DNA of 64,000 bases from an uncultured Gammaproteobacteria bacterium (lineage in GTDB: Bacteria; Pseudomonadota; Gammaproteobacteria; JACCXJ01): assembly GCA_963764725.1 (NCBI GenBank), contig CAVXTM010000012.1, positions 224,001 through 288,000 on the forward strand, given 5' to 3'. Shown here one piece after another: positions 9,639 to 18,519 of this stretch; within the stretch, counting starts at the first letter, position 1; each line of letters starts with the position of its first letter. The position numbers and the translations under genes are program-made. The notes below the pieces were generated by a model. That model saw only the letters and a program-made list of their open reading frames with translations, was not told the origin of the DNA and searched no databases.

Positions 9639-10736
9639 CTAGCCCGCTGTAAGCACCGCCAGCAACTTTTGACATCGGGTATCCAGGAACCGAGTCACAG
9701 CACCCGGTTCACACCCCGCTGCGTGCACCGTACAGATTGGCTCGCCCGCGCGCACGCGCGAACCCGCTGCCGGCCGATCACGGCTCCAGCGGGGCCATGG
9801 ATGCCGGATCTGCAGCGCATGCGGCGCGTAGAGAACCCGCACCGCGGCGATCTTGTTTTCTTGCGGGCCGGCCCGGGCCGGCAATCGCCCGCGGCAGGCG
9901 TCGACGTGGACTGTGAATAATCCGCCATCCCTCTCGTGCAATTCAAAGCTCGCGGTCGGACGCGGGTTGATCTCGAGGAGAGTCCAGCGCTCGTCATCAT
10001 CGACAATGAAATCCGCGCCGCAAAGACCGCGCAAACCAAACGCCGAGGTAAGCTCCGGGACGACCTGCGCCAGATCCTTACGCACTCGCGCGGGTAAACT
10101 TCGATCCGCGATTGCGCCGCGATGCGTGAACGTGCCAGGCTCCTGCCAGATCGCGTTATAGCCGACGATCGTCGCTCCGCGCCCGTTCGCCGCGAAGACC
10201 ACCGACTGTACCCGCCCGGCGACGGCGCGCTGTAAAAAATACCCCGGCGGACATTGGCGGTCCGCTCCTAAAGGCCGGACGTGCATGCCGCCTGAGCCGC
10301 CGATGCGCTTCCGTAACCACCCGCGCGAGTCGCCGGGGAGGCTCGAGCGTGTGTCTGGATGCGGGATCCCCAACCGCGACAAAGCGGCAAAAAAACTTGC
10401 AGGTTCTTTGACAGAACGGACAATCTCCGCCGCGTTACCGAGTAACTCCGCGCTCGCTGGCAGAGCGTCCAACAACGCTGGGTCCTGTTCGAAACCGCTG
10501 CCGGCGACCACGCCTGCGATGCGATCGCGTGCGCCCACCTTTTCGACCGCGGTGCATAAGGTCTCGCGATCGAAACCTTGGGGTCCCGGACGAACGCGCG
10601 CTGCGCTCCGCGCGAACGCATGCGTATCGCGATCGGCGAAGAGATCGACCACGTGCACCGCAGCACGGCTCCGCTGCGCGGACTGAGCGAGAGCGCGGCC
10701 CGATTGGCCGATGATGAGGTAGGCGGACTCAGCCAG
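9639..10736 (-). CDS. ATP-grasp protein of the H4MPT cluster (OrfY-like)
   Basis: D.FAD.DT, GSGFE, GGSGG and LEINPRP; the frame extends upstream (YLIIGQSGRALAQSA) to a CTG at 10736 preceded by GGAG, so the start is tentative. Confidence 0.75.
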   Translation of the reverse strand: MAESAYLIIGQSGRALAQSAQRSRAAVHVVDLFADRDTHAFARSAARVRPGPQGFDRETLCTAVEKVGARDRIAGVVAGSGFEQDPALLDALPASAELLGNAAEIVRSVKEPASFFAALSRLGIPHPDTRSSLPGDSRGWLRKRIGGSGGMHVRPLGADRQCPPGYFLQRAVAGRVQSVVFAANGRGATIVGYNAIWQEPGTFTHRGAIADRSLPARVRKDLAQVVPELTSAFGLRGLCGADFIVDDDERWTLLEINPRPTASFELHERDGGLFTVHVDACRGRLPARAGPQENKIAAVRVLYAPHALQIRHPWPRWSRDRPAAGSRVRAGEPICTVHAAGCEPGAVTRFLDTRCQKLLAVLTAG

Positions 10737-11637
10737 CGGCGATCTCCCGGGCTATTTCAAAGGCCTTGATGTGATCCAGATACACGGGTTTCTCCGCCTG
10801 AATCATGAGTTGAAACAGGCGATAATGAACCTGGTATTTGACATTGCCGATCGCCAAGGCGCCGATGCCGAGGGCCTTGGCCGGAGTCGATTCAAGCACC
10901 TTACCCTTGTCATTAACGCCGACGCCCTCGATCCCGGCCGGGGGCACCGCGTTCACGTCGGCTGCCACCAGAAGCTCAGACGCGGTCCCGAGTTGATCGC
11001 GCGACAGCACTTGAAATCCGGCCTTGGCGGCGCCGACGACCACATGGGCCCGCGGTAGGAACGCGCGTATGGACGCGTCATTGCTGCTGTCGGCGCCCTG
11101 AAGTTTGACACCGTAACGTTCGTTGTAGGGCGCCGCCGCCTTCACGGCGGCGTCGGCACCCCGCTGGCTCGCGAGAAACATATTGGCGCCGCTGTTCGAT
11201 CCCAATATTCCCGCGCATACACCGACGGGTCCCGTCCCGCCGAAGACATAGACGTTGGCGCCGGACAATCCCTGCGCGCGGCCTTTCTTCTTAAGCGCCG
11301 TTTCCACGCAGGCCATGAGCGCCGCGGCCGTAGTGATCGCCCCGCTCGGATCGGCGAATACAGAAACCTCGAAAGGAGGCACCATGGCCTTTTTCGCCTC
11401 CTCCAACATATCGATCGCGAGCCCGAAGTCGCGGCCCCCGAGAAAGATACCGGTCCGCTTCACGCCGGTGGGGCTGCGAGAAAATATCGTGTCTTGGGTC
11501 AACGCGTAGATATCCTCCAGGGCAACGTTGGTATAGGGGATCACACCGTTGAACTCTGCCTCATAGGCCATATTGACGTCGAACGGGCTCACGTTCTTCG
11601 TCGGGTTGAACATGTGTAATAAATAGGGGTCTTTCAT
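10729..11637 (-). CDS. mtdB: NAD(P)-dependent methylene-H4MPT dehydrogenase
   Basis: SPFDVNMAYE, QDTIFSR, VPPFEVSVFADPSGA.TTAAA, GGTGPVG and DVNAVPP. Confidence 0.92.
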   Translation of the reverse strand: MKDPYLLHMFNPTKNVSPFDVNMAYEAEFNGVIPYTNVALEDIYALTQDTIFSRSPTGVKRTGIFLGGRDFGLAIDMLEEAKKAMVPPFEVSVFADPSGAITTAAALMACVETALKKKGRAQGLSGANVYVFGGTGPVGVCAGILGSNSGANMFLASQRGADAAVKAAAPYNERYGVKLQGADSSNDASIRAFLPRAHVVVGAAKAGFQVLSRDQLGTASELLVAADVNAVPPAGIEGVGVNDKGKVLESTPAKALGIGALAIGNVKYQVHYRLFQLMIQAEKPVYLDHIKAFEIAREIAAG

Positions 11638-11711
11638 TTTACCGTCCGTTTATTTTTAATGAATTCCGCTGCGGGCTTATGGTCGCGGCCTGCGCTACTT
11701 CGGTCTTGAAA

Positions 11712-12725
11712 TTACGCGGCCTTTCTACGCACGCCGATCTCGGCGCCGCTATTGCGCCCGCCGCAGACCGAGAAGCCTAAGGGTGCTCCCCACTGCTGGG
11801 TCGCCCGTTGCCATAGGCCGTGCGCGCGAGAAGCGCTGTCGACGAGCGCAAATCCGGTCGGGCCCCAGGAACTTTGTCCCACCCCTCGCAGGCCCTCGTC
11901 CTGCAACCAGCGCAACACCTCCGCAACTCGCGGACTGCTATAACGGCCGCCCTGGTAGGGGGCGAAATAGTCACCGACTGCCTCTTGAATCGCGGTGATT
12001 CCGGCGCCGAAGGCCTCGAAGTCATGCTCGGCCAAGGCCGGTAGGACCTGCATCAAAAGCACTCGGCAAAGATGCGCCGATACCTGCGTGGCCATTGGCG
12101 GCATCTGTTTAAACGCCGCGGCCTCCTCGCTGCCGTTCAACCCTGTCCGGGCTTGGTCGGAAATGAGCAGGATTCGCCATGGCGGCGGAAACGCGACCTG
12201 ACACAGCACCGGCGGCACCACCGTCGCACGTCCGCGACCGCCGTCGACCAAAAATCCGCCGCTCTCGAACGCAGCCAGGCCGATCCCCGAGCGCACTCCC
12301 CGCTCCGCGAGCTTCGCAAGCTGACAAAGATCGCTATCGAGATCGAACAGGCGTACGAACGCAGCGCAGATCGCCAACGCCAATTGGGTTCCCGAACCGA
12401 GACCCACGTGCTCCGGGATCGCCTCCTCGATAGCAATCGACACCCCGCTCTTCAAGCCCAAGGTCCGCAGCAGCATCCGCGCGCACTGCTCCGCGCGCCC
12501 GCTCGATGGACCGTTAGCATGGACGCCCGGCGAGCGCGTGACGCTCAGGCGTGTCTGGATACCGCTCAAGGTCAACCCGAGCCCCCCGAACCGCCGTCCG
12601 AGATCGCCGCTCATGTCGATAAAGCCCAAGTGTAAGCGCGCCGGCGCGGTGACGGTGACGGTCAGGCCATCGTACTGAGCGCCGAGCGCTTGCTCCGGTA
12701 GCGGCGTTGCGGAAGGGTCAGGCAT
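11712..12725 (-). CDS. mptG: Beta-ribofuranosylaminobenzene 5'-phosphate synthase
   Basis: APARLHLGF, H.GLGSGTQ, RSGIG..F..GGF.VDGG and GQSSWGPT. Confidence 0.92.
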   Translation of the reverse strand: MPDPSATPLPEQALGAQYDGLTVTVTAPARLHLGFIDMSGDLGRRFGGLGLTLSGIQTRLSVTRSPGVHANGPSSGRAEQCARMLLRTLGLKSGVSIAIEEAIPEHVGLGSGTQLALAICAAFVRLFDLDSDLCQLAKLAERGVRSGIGLAAFESGGFLVDGGRGRATVVPPVLCQVAFPPPWRILLISDQARTGLNGSEEAAAFKQMPPMATQVSAHLCRVLLMQVLPALAEHDFEAFGAGITAIQEAVGDYFAPYQGGRYSSPRVAEVLRWLQDEGLRGVGQSSWGPTGFALVDSASRAHGLWQRATQQWGAPLGFSVCGGRNSGAEIGVRRKAA

Positions 12726-12927
12726 AGCGCGGGAAATTCATTCGATGGGTTAATGATATAATACCCAAGACTCCGATACCTAACACAGACTCGCCTTATC
12801 GGCGCGGCAGAACGTTGACGGGTTAGCAGGGAAATGTTAGAAGTGCCATCACGAAATGTAGTCCTTGCGAAGGCCATCCCAGCGCCCGAGAGACGACCCT
12901 TCGAGGCGCAGTAATTAACTATTGACC

Positions 12928-13284
12928 ATGGCCGAAATGATGATCCTGGTCCCGGGGCGGACCAACAAACAGGGCACGTCATTAAACGCGGGCAAGCTCA
13001 AGAAAGAGTACCGGGACGTGACCTCCACGGTGGAAATGAACACCGATGACATGGCGCGGCTCGGCATAAAAGAGGGTGACGCCGTGCGCTTAGCCACGGA
13101 CATCGGCGAGACCGTCGTGCGCTGCAAGGGACGCAAACCCACCGACCTTCCCGCGGGCATGTTGTTTATCCCCTATGGCCCGCCGAGCTCTCAGCTCATG
13201 GGCGGCGATACCGCGGGGAGCGGTATGCCTTTGTCCAAGAATTTCGAGGTCAGTGTGGAACTTGTCGAAGGCCCCGTCGCTTGA
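12928..13284 (+). CDS. fwdD: Formylmethanofuran dehydrogenase subunit D (molybdopterin-dinucleotide-binding domain)
   Basis: GRT..QG, MN..DM..LGI..GD.V, G..FIPYGP and T.GSGMP..K. Confidence 0.85.
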   Translation: MAEMMILVPGRTNKQGTSLNAGKLKKEYRDVTSTVEMNTDDMARLGIKEGDAVRLATDIGETVVRCKGRKPTDLPAGMLFIPYGPPSSQLMGGDTAGSGMPLSKNFEVSVELVEGPVA

Positions 13285-13362
13285 TCGAGCCGGCCATTTT
13301 ATTCCGGCGAATTCCGGCGCCGATTAAACGATCACACAGCATAGGATTTCCGAGGTAAAAAT

Positions 13363-14700
13363 ATGAGTGACAATATTCGGACAGTGGAGCATGCCACCTG
13401 CACCTTTTGCGGTTGCGTGTGCGACGACATGGACCTGACAGTCGATGTGGATGCGAAGCGCATCACCAAGGCTAAGAACGCGTGCACGCTTGGACGCGCC
13501 TGGTTCGCGGAGCATACTATCGAAGACCGTCCGTTCGCCTTAATCGACGGCAAAGCCACCACCACCGAGGAGGCGGTCGAGGCCGCCGCGCACATCCTCG
13601 TCGCGGCGCGGCTGCCGATCATCTACGGCTTGAGCGACACCACCTGCGAGGCCCAGCGCCAAGCGGTGGCGATCTGCGATCTCATGCACGGCAATATCGA
13701 CACCACCACCTCGGTCTGCCACGGTCCCTCCGGCATCGCGTTCCAAGGCGTCGGCGAAAGCACGGCGACACTGGGTGAAATCAAGAACCGCGCGGATTTG
13801 GTCGTCTACTGGGGCGGTAACCCCGCGGAATCGCATCCGCGCCACTTCACCCGCTACGCGGTCACCCCCAAGGGACGGTATATCCCCAATGGCAGGAAAG
13901 ACCGCTACGTGGTCTTGGTCGATGTGCGGCGCACACCGAGTGCGCCGGTGGCGGACCTCTTCATCCAAATCAAGCCAGGACATGACTTCGAGCTTTTGTG
14001 GGCCCTGCGTGCGTTTGTCAAAGGCCGCAAGGTCGATCCGAACCTGGCCGAGCGCACGGGCGTGCCCCTGGCGACCATGGAGAATCTAGTACAGCGGATG
14101 AAGAGTTGCCGCTACGGGGTCTTGTTCTTCGGCATGGGGCTGACGATGACCCGCGGGCGCCATTTCAACTCCGGCGCCGTGCTGGCGCTCGCTACGGACC
14201 TGAATGAATTTACCCATTTCGTGGCCAAGCCCGTACGCGGCCACGGCAATGTCACCGGGGCCGACAACGTCGTCTCCTGGCAAACCGGCTATCCGTTCGG
14301 GGTCAACTTCAGCCGCGGTTACCCGCGCTTCAATCCCGGCGAGTACACGACCGTCGATCTGCTCACCCGCGGCGACGCGGATGCGGCCATGATCATCGCG
14401 AGCGATCCGGCGTCCAATTTTCCGCGCCCGGCCATCGAGCACATGAAGCGCATCCCGGTGATCGCCTTGGACACCAAACCGACCGATACCACCCAGTTGG
14501 CCAAGGTCGCCTTCACCACTTCGACCTATGGCATCAATACCTCGGGGACGGTATATCGCATGGACGATGTGCCGCTTACCTTGCGCCCGGCCTTTGAGTC
14601 GCCTTATCCGAGCGACGAAGAGGTGCTCACCGCGATCAAGAACCGGGTGCGCGAGTTGCTGACTGAGAAACGCGCGCGGTTCTACGCAAAGGTGGCTTAG
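13363..14700 (+). CDS. fwdB: Formylmethanofuran dehydrogenase subunit B with intact Fe-S and Mo/W-ligand motifs
   Basis: CTFCGCVCDD...C, SVCHGPS, TLGEIKNRAD, NPAESHPRH, RGHGNVTG and GTVYRMD. Confidence 0.92.
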   Translation: MSDNIRTVEHATCTFCGCVCDDMDLTVDVDAKRITKAKNACTLGRAWFAEHTIEDRPFALIDGKATTTEEAVEAAAHILVAARLPIIYGLSDTTCEAQRQAVAICDLMHGNIDTTTSVCHGPSGIAFQGVGESTATLGEIKNRADLVVYWGGNPAESHPRHFTRYAVTPKGRYIPNGRKDRYVVLVDVRRTPSAPVADLFIQIKPGHDFELLWALRAFVKGRKVDPNLAERTGVPLATMENLVQRMKSCRYGVLFFGMGLTMTRGRHFNSGAVLALATDLNEFTHFVAKPVRGHGNVTGADNVVSWQTGYPFGVNFSRGYPRFNPGEYTTVDLLTRGDADAAMIIASDPASNFPRPAIEHMKRIPVIALDTKPTDTTQLAKVAFTTSTYGINTSGTVYRMDDVPLTLRPAFESPYPSDEEVLTAIKNRVRELLTEKRARFYAKVA

Positions 14701-14714
14701 GCAACCAAGCACCG

Positions 14715-16355
14715 ATGCTACGCATATCGAATGGCCGGATCTACGATCCGGCCAACGGAGTGAACGGCGCGATCCGGGATATCTGCATCAACGCGGGAAA
14801 GATCGTCGCAGACGTCCCCGCGGCCGCGAAACGCATGGACGCGCAAGGCATGGTGATCATGCCGGGGGGCATCGACATCCATTGTCATATCGCCGGACCC
14901 AAGGTCAATCTCGCGCGCAAGCTTCAGCCCGAGGACCACCGACTCGACGTGCATCCCGGCACGGCGTTCACCCGCTCGGGCACCGGGGGCGTGGTGCCTT
15001 CTACTTTTGCCACCGGCTACCGTTACGCGGCGCTCGGGTACACCACGGCGATGGAGGCCGCGGTCACCCCCATCGGCGCCCGTCACGTACTGGAGGAATT
15101 TCACGACATCCCCGTCATCGACAAGGGGTTCTATGTGCTCCTCGGGAACAACGTTTTCTTGTACGATTTGCTTAAAGCCGGGCGGCGCGAGGACTTTCGC
15201 CAAGCGGTGGCCTGGTGGGTCAATGCGACCAAGGCGTATGCGGTTAAGTTGGTCAACCCGGGGAGCGATGAGCTTTGGAAGGGACACCGCAACGCGAACA
15301 TTACCAGCGTAAACGAGAAAATCGACAACTTCGATCTCACGCCGCTCGGCGTGATCAAGGCGTTTATCGAGACCGTCGACGATCTCGGTCTTCCCCACCC
15401 TCCGCATATTCATTGCAACAACCTGGGCCGCAGCGGCAACTATACGACTACCCTCGAGACCATGCGGGCCGCCGAGGGACGGCGGGTGCACATCGCGCAC
15501 GTACAGTTCCATAGCTACGGCGGGGAACCCGGGAAAAACCCGACCTCGAAAGGTCCCGAGATTGCCGATTACATCAACAAACATCCGAATATTACCGCCG
15601 ATGTCGGCCAGGTCATGTTCGGGAAGGCCACGGCGATGACCGCCGACGCGCCCCTCGGCTACTTGTTGCGCGGAATCAGCGGCAACAAATGGATAAACGC
15701 CGATACCGAGTGTGAGAGCGGGTGCGGGATCGTACCCTTCACCTATCACGAAAAAGCCTACATGCACGCGCTGCAGTGGGCGATCGGACTGGAGCTGTTC
15801 CTGTTATCCGAGGATCCGTGGCGGATTGTTTTATCGACCGACCATCCCAATGGCGGCTCCTTCATGATGTACCCGCGTTTGATCCGGCTGCTCATGGATC
15901 GCGATTTTCGCAACCAAGAGATCCGGAAAGTGAATCAAAAGGCGATTCGCAATACCGTGCTGGCCGACAAGCTCGACCGGGAGTATACCCTGGAGGAGAT
16001 CGCGATCATCACCCGAGCCGGTCCCGCGCGCGCGCTTGGGCTGAAAGACAAGGGGCACCTCGGCGTCGGGGCAGACGCCGACATCACCATTTACGACGAG
16101 CACGACGACAAGGAGCGCATGTTCAGCACGCCGCGCTACGTGATCAAGGACGGCGTCGCGGTCATCGAAGACCACGAATTCCGCTGCGACCACGAGGGGC
16201 GTGTCCTGCATACGGCGCCCGCGTACGATGCCGCGATCGAAAACAGCATTAAACCATTCTTCGAGGATAACTATAGTATTGTTTTTGAGAACTACGCGGT
16301 CACGGACCGGTATCTGCACCACCATCAGGTGATACCGACGGTCCTCGAACGATAA
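14715..16355 (+). CDS. fwdA: Formylmethanofuran dehydrogenase subunit A (amidohydrolase)
   Basis: DIHCH, K.VNPG, HIHCNNLG, HVQFHSYG and STDHPNG metal-ligand motifs. Confidence 0.93.
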   Translation: MLRISNGRIYDPANGVNGAIRDICINAGKIVADVPAAAKRMDAQGMVIMPGGIDIHCHIAGPKVNLARKLQPEDHRLDVHPGTAFTRSGTGGVVPSTFATGYRYAALGYTTAMEAAVTPIGARHVLEEFHDIPVIDKGFYVLLGNNVFLYDLLKAGRREDFRQAVAWWVNATKAYAVKLVNPGSDELWKGHRNANITSVNEKIDNFDLTPLGVIKAFIETVDDLGLPHPPHIHCNNLGRSGNYTTTLETMRAAEGRRVHIAHVQFHSYGGEPGKNPTSKGPEIADYINKHPNITADVGQVMFGKATAMTADAPLGYLLRGISGNKWINADTECESGCGIVPFTYHEKAYMHALQWAIGLELFLLSEDPWRIVLSTDHPNGGSFMMYPRLIRLLMDRDFRNQEIRKVNQKAIRNTVLADKLDREYTLEEIAIITRAGPARALGLKDKGHLGVGADADITIYDEHDDKERMFSTPRYVIKDGVAVIEDHEFRCDHEGRVLHTAPAYDAAIENSIKPFFEDNYSIVFENYAVTDRYLHHHQVIPTVLER

Positions 16356-16378
16356 GAATTAGAATTAAATCCTTCTGC

Positions 16379-17272
16379 ATGCATATTCAATCCACCGAGG
16401 TCATCGATACCTTCGCGGAGGCTTTTGCCATGTGGGGCGCACGGGTGATCATCACCGCGGCCAGCCCCGCGTGGGCCCTCGCCGCCGCACGCTCGATGAC
16501 CGGATTCGCGACATCGGTGATCGGCTGTAAATGCGAGGCCGGGATCGAGCGGGAGCTGGCCGCCGAGGAAACGCCCGACGCACGCCCCGGGATCAGCGTG
16601 TTGCTGTTTTCGACCAGTTTGGAGGGGGCCGGCAAACGGCTCCTCGAGCGGATCGGCCAGTGCGTGATGACCTGCCCGAGCACTTCGTGTTTCAACGGTC
16701 TCGCCTCGGGCGAGAGCGTGAGCGTCGGCGGCAAGCTCCGCTACTTCGGCGACGGCTATCAGATCGGCAAGTCCCTGGACGGGCGTCGCTATTGGCGCAT
16801 TCCGGTGATGGATGGCGAATTCGTGGTCGAAGACCGCTTCAATATCCAGCCGGCGGTGGGCGGCGGGAATCTTCTAATCCACGGCCTGGATCAAACCCGG
16901 ACTTTGGAAACCGCCGAGGCCGCGGCCAGCGCGATGCGTGCCGTTCCCGGCGTGATTCTGCCGTTTCCGAATGGTGTCGTGCGCAGTGGCAGCAAGGTCG
17001 GATCGCGGTACAAGGGCTTGCCGGCCTCCACCAACGATGCTTACTGTCCAACCTTGCGGGCGTTTTCCGCGGCAACCGAAGTCCCGGCCGAGGCCGCTTG
17101 CGTGTTGGAAATCGTGATCGATGGGCTCGAACTGCGGGGGGTCCAAGACGCTATGCGCGTTGGCATCAACGCGGCTTCCGGGAACGGCGCCTTGCGGATC
17201 TCTGCCGGAAACTACGGCGGGGACCTCGGCCAGTACCGGATCGGTCTGTACGACCTTCTTCAAGCGACCTGA
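16379..17272 (+). CDS. ftr: Formylmethanofuran--H4MPT N-formyltransferase
   Basis: DTFAEAF, TGFATSVIGC..EAG, RIGQCVMTCP, GVVRSGSKVGS and ISAGNYGG.LG. Confidence 0.95.
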   Translation: MHIQSTEVIDTFAEAFAMWGARVIITAASPAWALAAARSMTGFATSVIGCKCEAGIERELAAEETPDARPGISVLLFSTSLEGAGKRLLERIGQCVMTCPSTSCFNGLASGESVSVGGKLRYFGDGYQIGKSLDGRRYWRIPVMDGEFVVEDRFNIQPAVGGGNLLIHGLDQTRTLETAEAAASAMRAVPGVILPFPNGVVRSGSKVGSRYKGLPASTNDAYCPTLRAFSAATEVPAEAACVLEIVIDGLELRGVQDAMRVGINAASGNGALRISAGNYGGDLGQYRIGLYDLLQAT

Positions 17273-17285
17273 ACGACTCGCTACG

Positions 17286-18104
17286 ATGAGCCTCAAGCTC
17301 GTGCTCAAGCACGAACCGGAAGTCCCACTAGAAGCCGAGGTCATCACGCCAGCGAAGCTCAACGGTTTGAGTATCGGTGAGATCACGAAGCTTCCGCTGC
17401 AATACGGGAACGAACGCATCGAGCTGGGCGAGTTTTTTCGCGTCGAGGGTAGCTATAGCGGTGAAATCCGCGTGGAAGGTGATCTTGCGCGCGTCAAGCT
17501 GGTCGGCGCGGGGATGAGCGAAGGCCGGATCGTGATACATGGTCGCATCGGGATGCATCTCGGCGCCGGGATTTCGGGCGGGGAGATCCTTGTCGAAGGC
17601 GACGCCGGCGATTGGGTCGCGCCCGAGATGTCCGGAGGCCGGATCGTCATCAAGGGCAATGCCGGGCACATGATCGGCAGCGCCTATCGGGGAAGTCCGG
17701 CCGGCATTCGCGGCGGGGAAATCATCATCCACGGCAATGCCGGCAACGAGATCGGTCACGCCATGCGCAAAGGTCTGATCGCGATCGGCGGAGACTCCGG
17801 CGACTTTACCGGGGTCGACATGCTCGCGGGAACCATCATCGTGATCGGCGATCTCGGCAACCGCACGGGGGCGGGGATGAAACGCGGTTCCATCGTCTCG
17901 ATGCGGCCCGCGCAGATGCTGCCGACCTTCAGCTATGCGTGCAGCTATCAGCCGCAGTTCCTGCGCCTGTACCTATTGCATTTGTCACGGCTGGGCTTGC
18001 CGGTCACGCCGGCTTATCTCAATGGCCATTACCAACGCTGGAGCGGGGATGCCCTCGAGATGAACCGCGGCGAGGTGTTGCTGCTCAGCGGCGAGGCCGC
18101 GTAG
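17286..18104 (+). CDS. fwdC: Formylmethanofuran dehydrogenase subunit C (GXGXG beta-helix)
   Basis: Repeated G..M.GG.I.I.G.AG units; ATG 17286. Confidence 0.92.
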   Translation: MSLKLVLKHEPEVPLEAEVITPAKLNGLSIGEITKLPLQYGNERIELGEFFRVEGSYSGEIRVEGDLARVKLVGAGMSEGRIVIHGRIGMHLGAGISGGEILVEGDAGDWVAPEMSGGRIVIKGNAGHMIGSAYRGSPAGIRGGEIIIHGNAGNEIGHAMRKGLIAIGGDSGDFTGVDMLAGTIIVIGDLGNRTGAGMKRGSIVSMRPAQMLPTFSYACSYQPQFLRLYLLHLSRLGLPVTPAYLNGHYQRWSGDALEMNRGEVLLLSGEAA

Positions 18105-18180
18105 ATCGGCGATGCGCGCCTGAGCAAGTACTCCAAGCCGAAACAATAAACCACTTTCACTGCGTCGCGAGGAGATCCAC

Positions 18181-18486
18181 ATGACCACGATCGTAACCGA
18201 AAATTGCCTCCGGTGCCGCTTCACCGATTGCGTCACGGTCTGCCCGGTGAACTGCTTCCATGGGGACGATGACATGCTGTATATCGACCCCGAGGTCTGC
18301 ATCGACTGTAGCGCCTGCGTACCCGAGTGTCCGGTACATGCCATCCATGAGGGAGAAGACATTCCCGACAACCTGAAACACTGGACAGAGATCAACGCCG
18401 AACGCGCCCCGAACTTACCCGTGATCGAAAGCAAACAAGATCCGCTGCCCACGGCCGAGGCGCGCCGAGCGGAGTTAGGATATTGA
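18181..18486 (+). CDS. fdxA: Ferredoxin, FdxA-like (7Fe-type cysteine spacing)
   Basis: CLRCRFTDCVTVCPVNC and CIDCSACVPECP; GAGGAG RBS. Confidence 0.9.
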   Translation: MTTIVTENCLRCRFTDCVTVCPVNCFHGDDDMLYIDPEVCIDCSACVPECPVHAIHEGEDIPDNLKHWTEINAERAPNLPVIESKQDPLPTAEARRAELGY

Positions 18487-18519
18487 TAGAAGTATATTGC
18501 GCGTGCGCAGAGACTGTAG

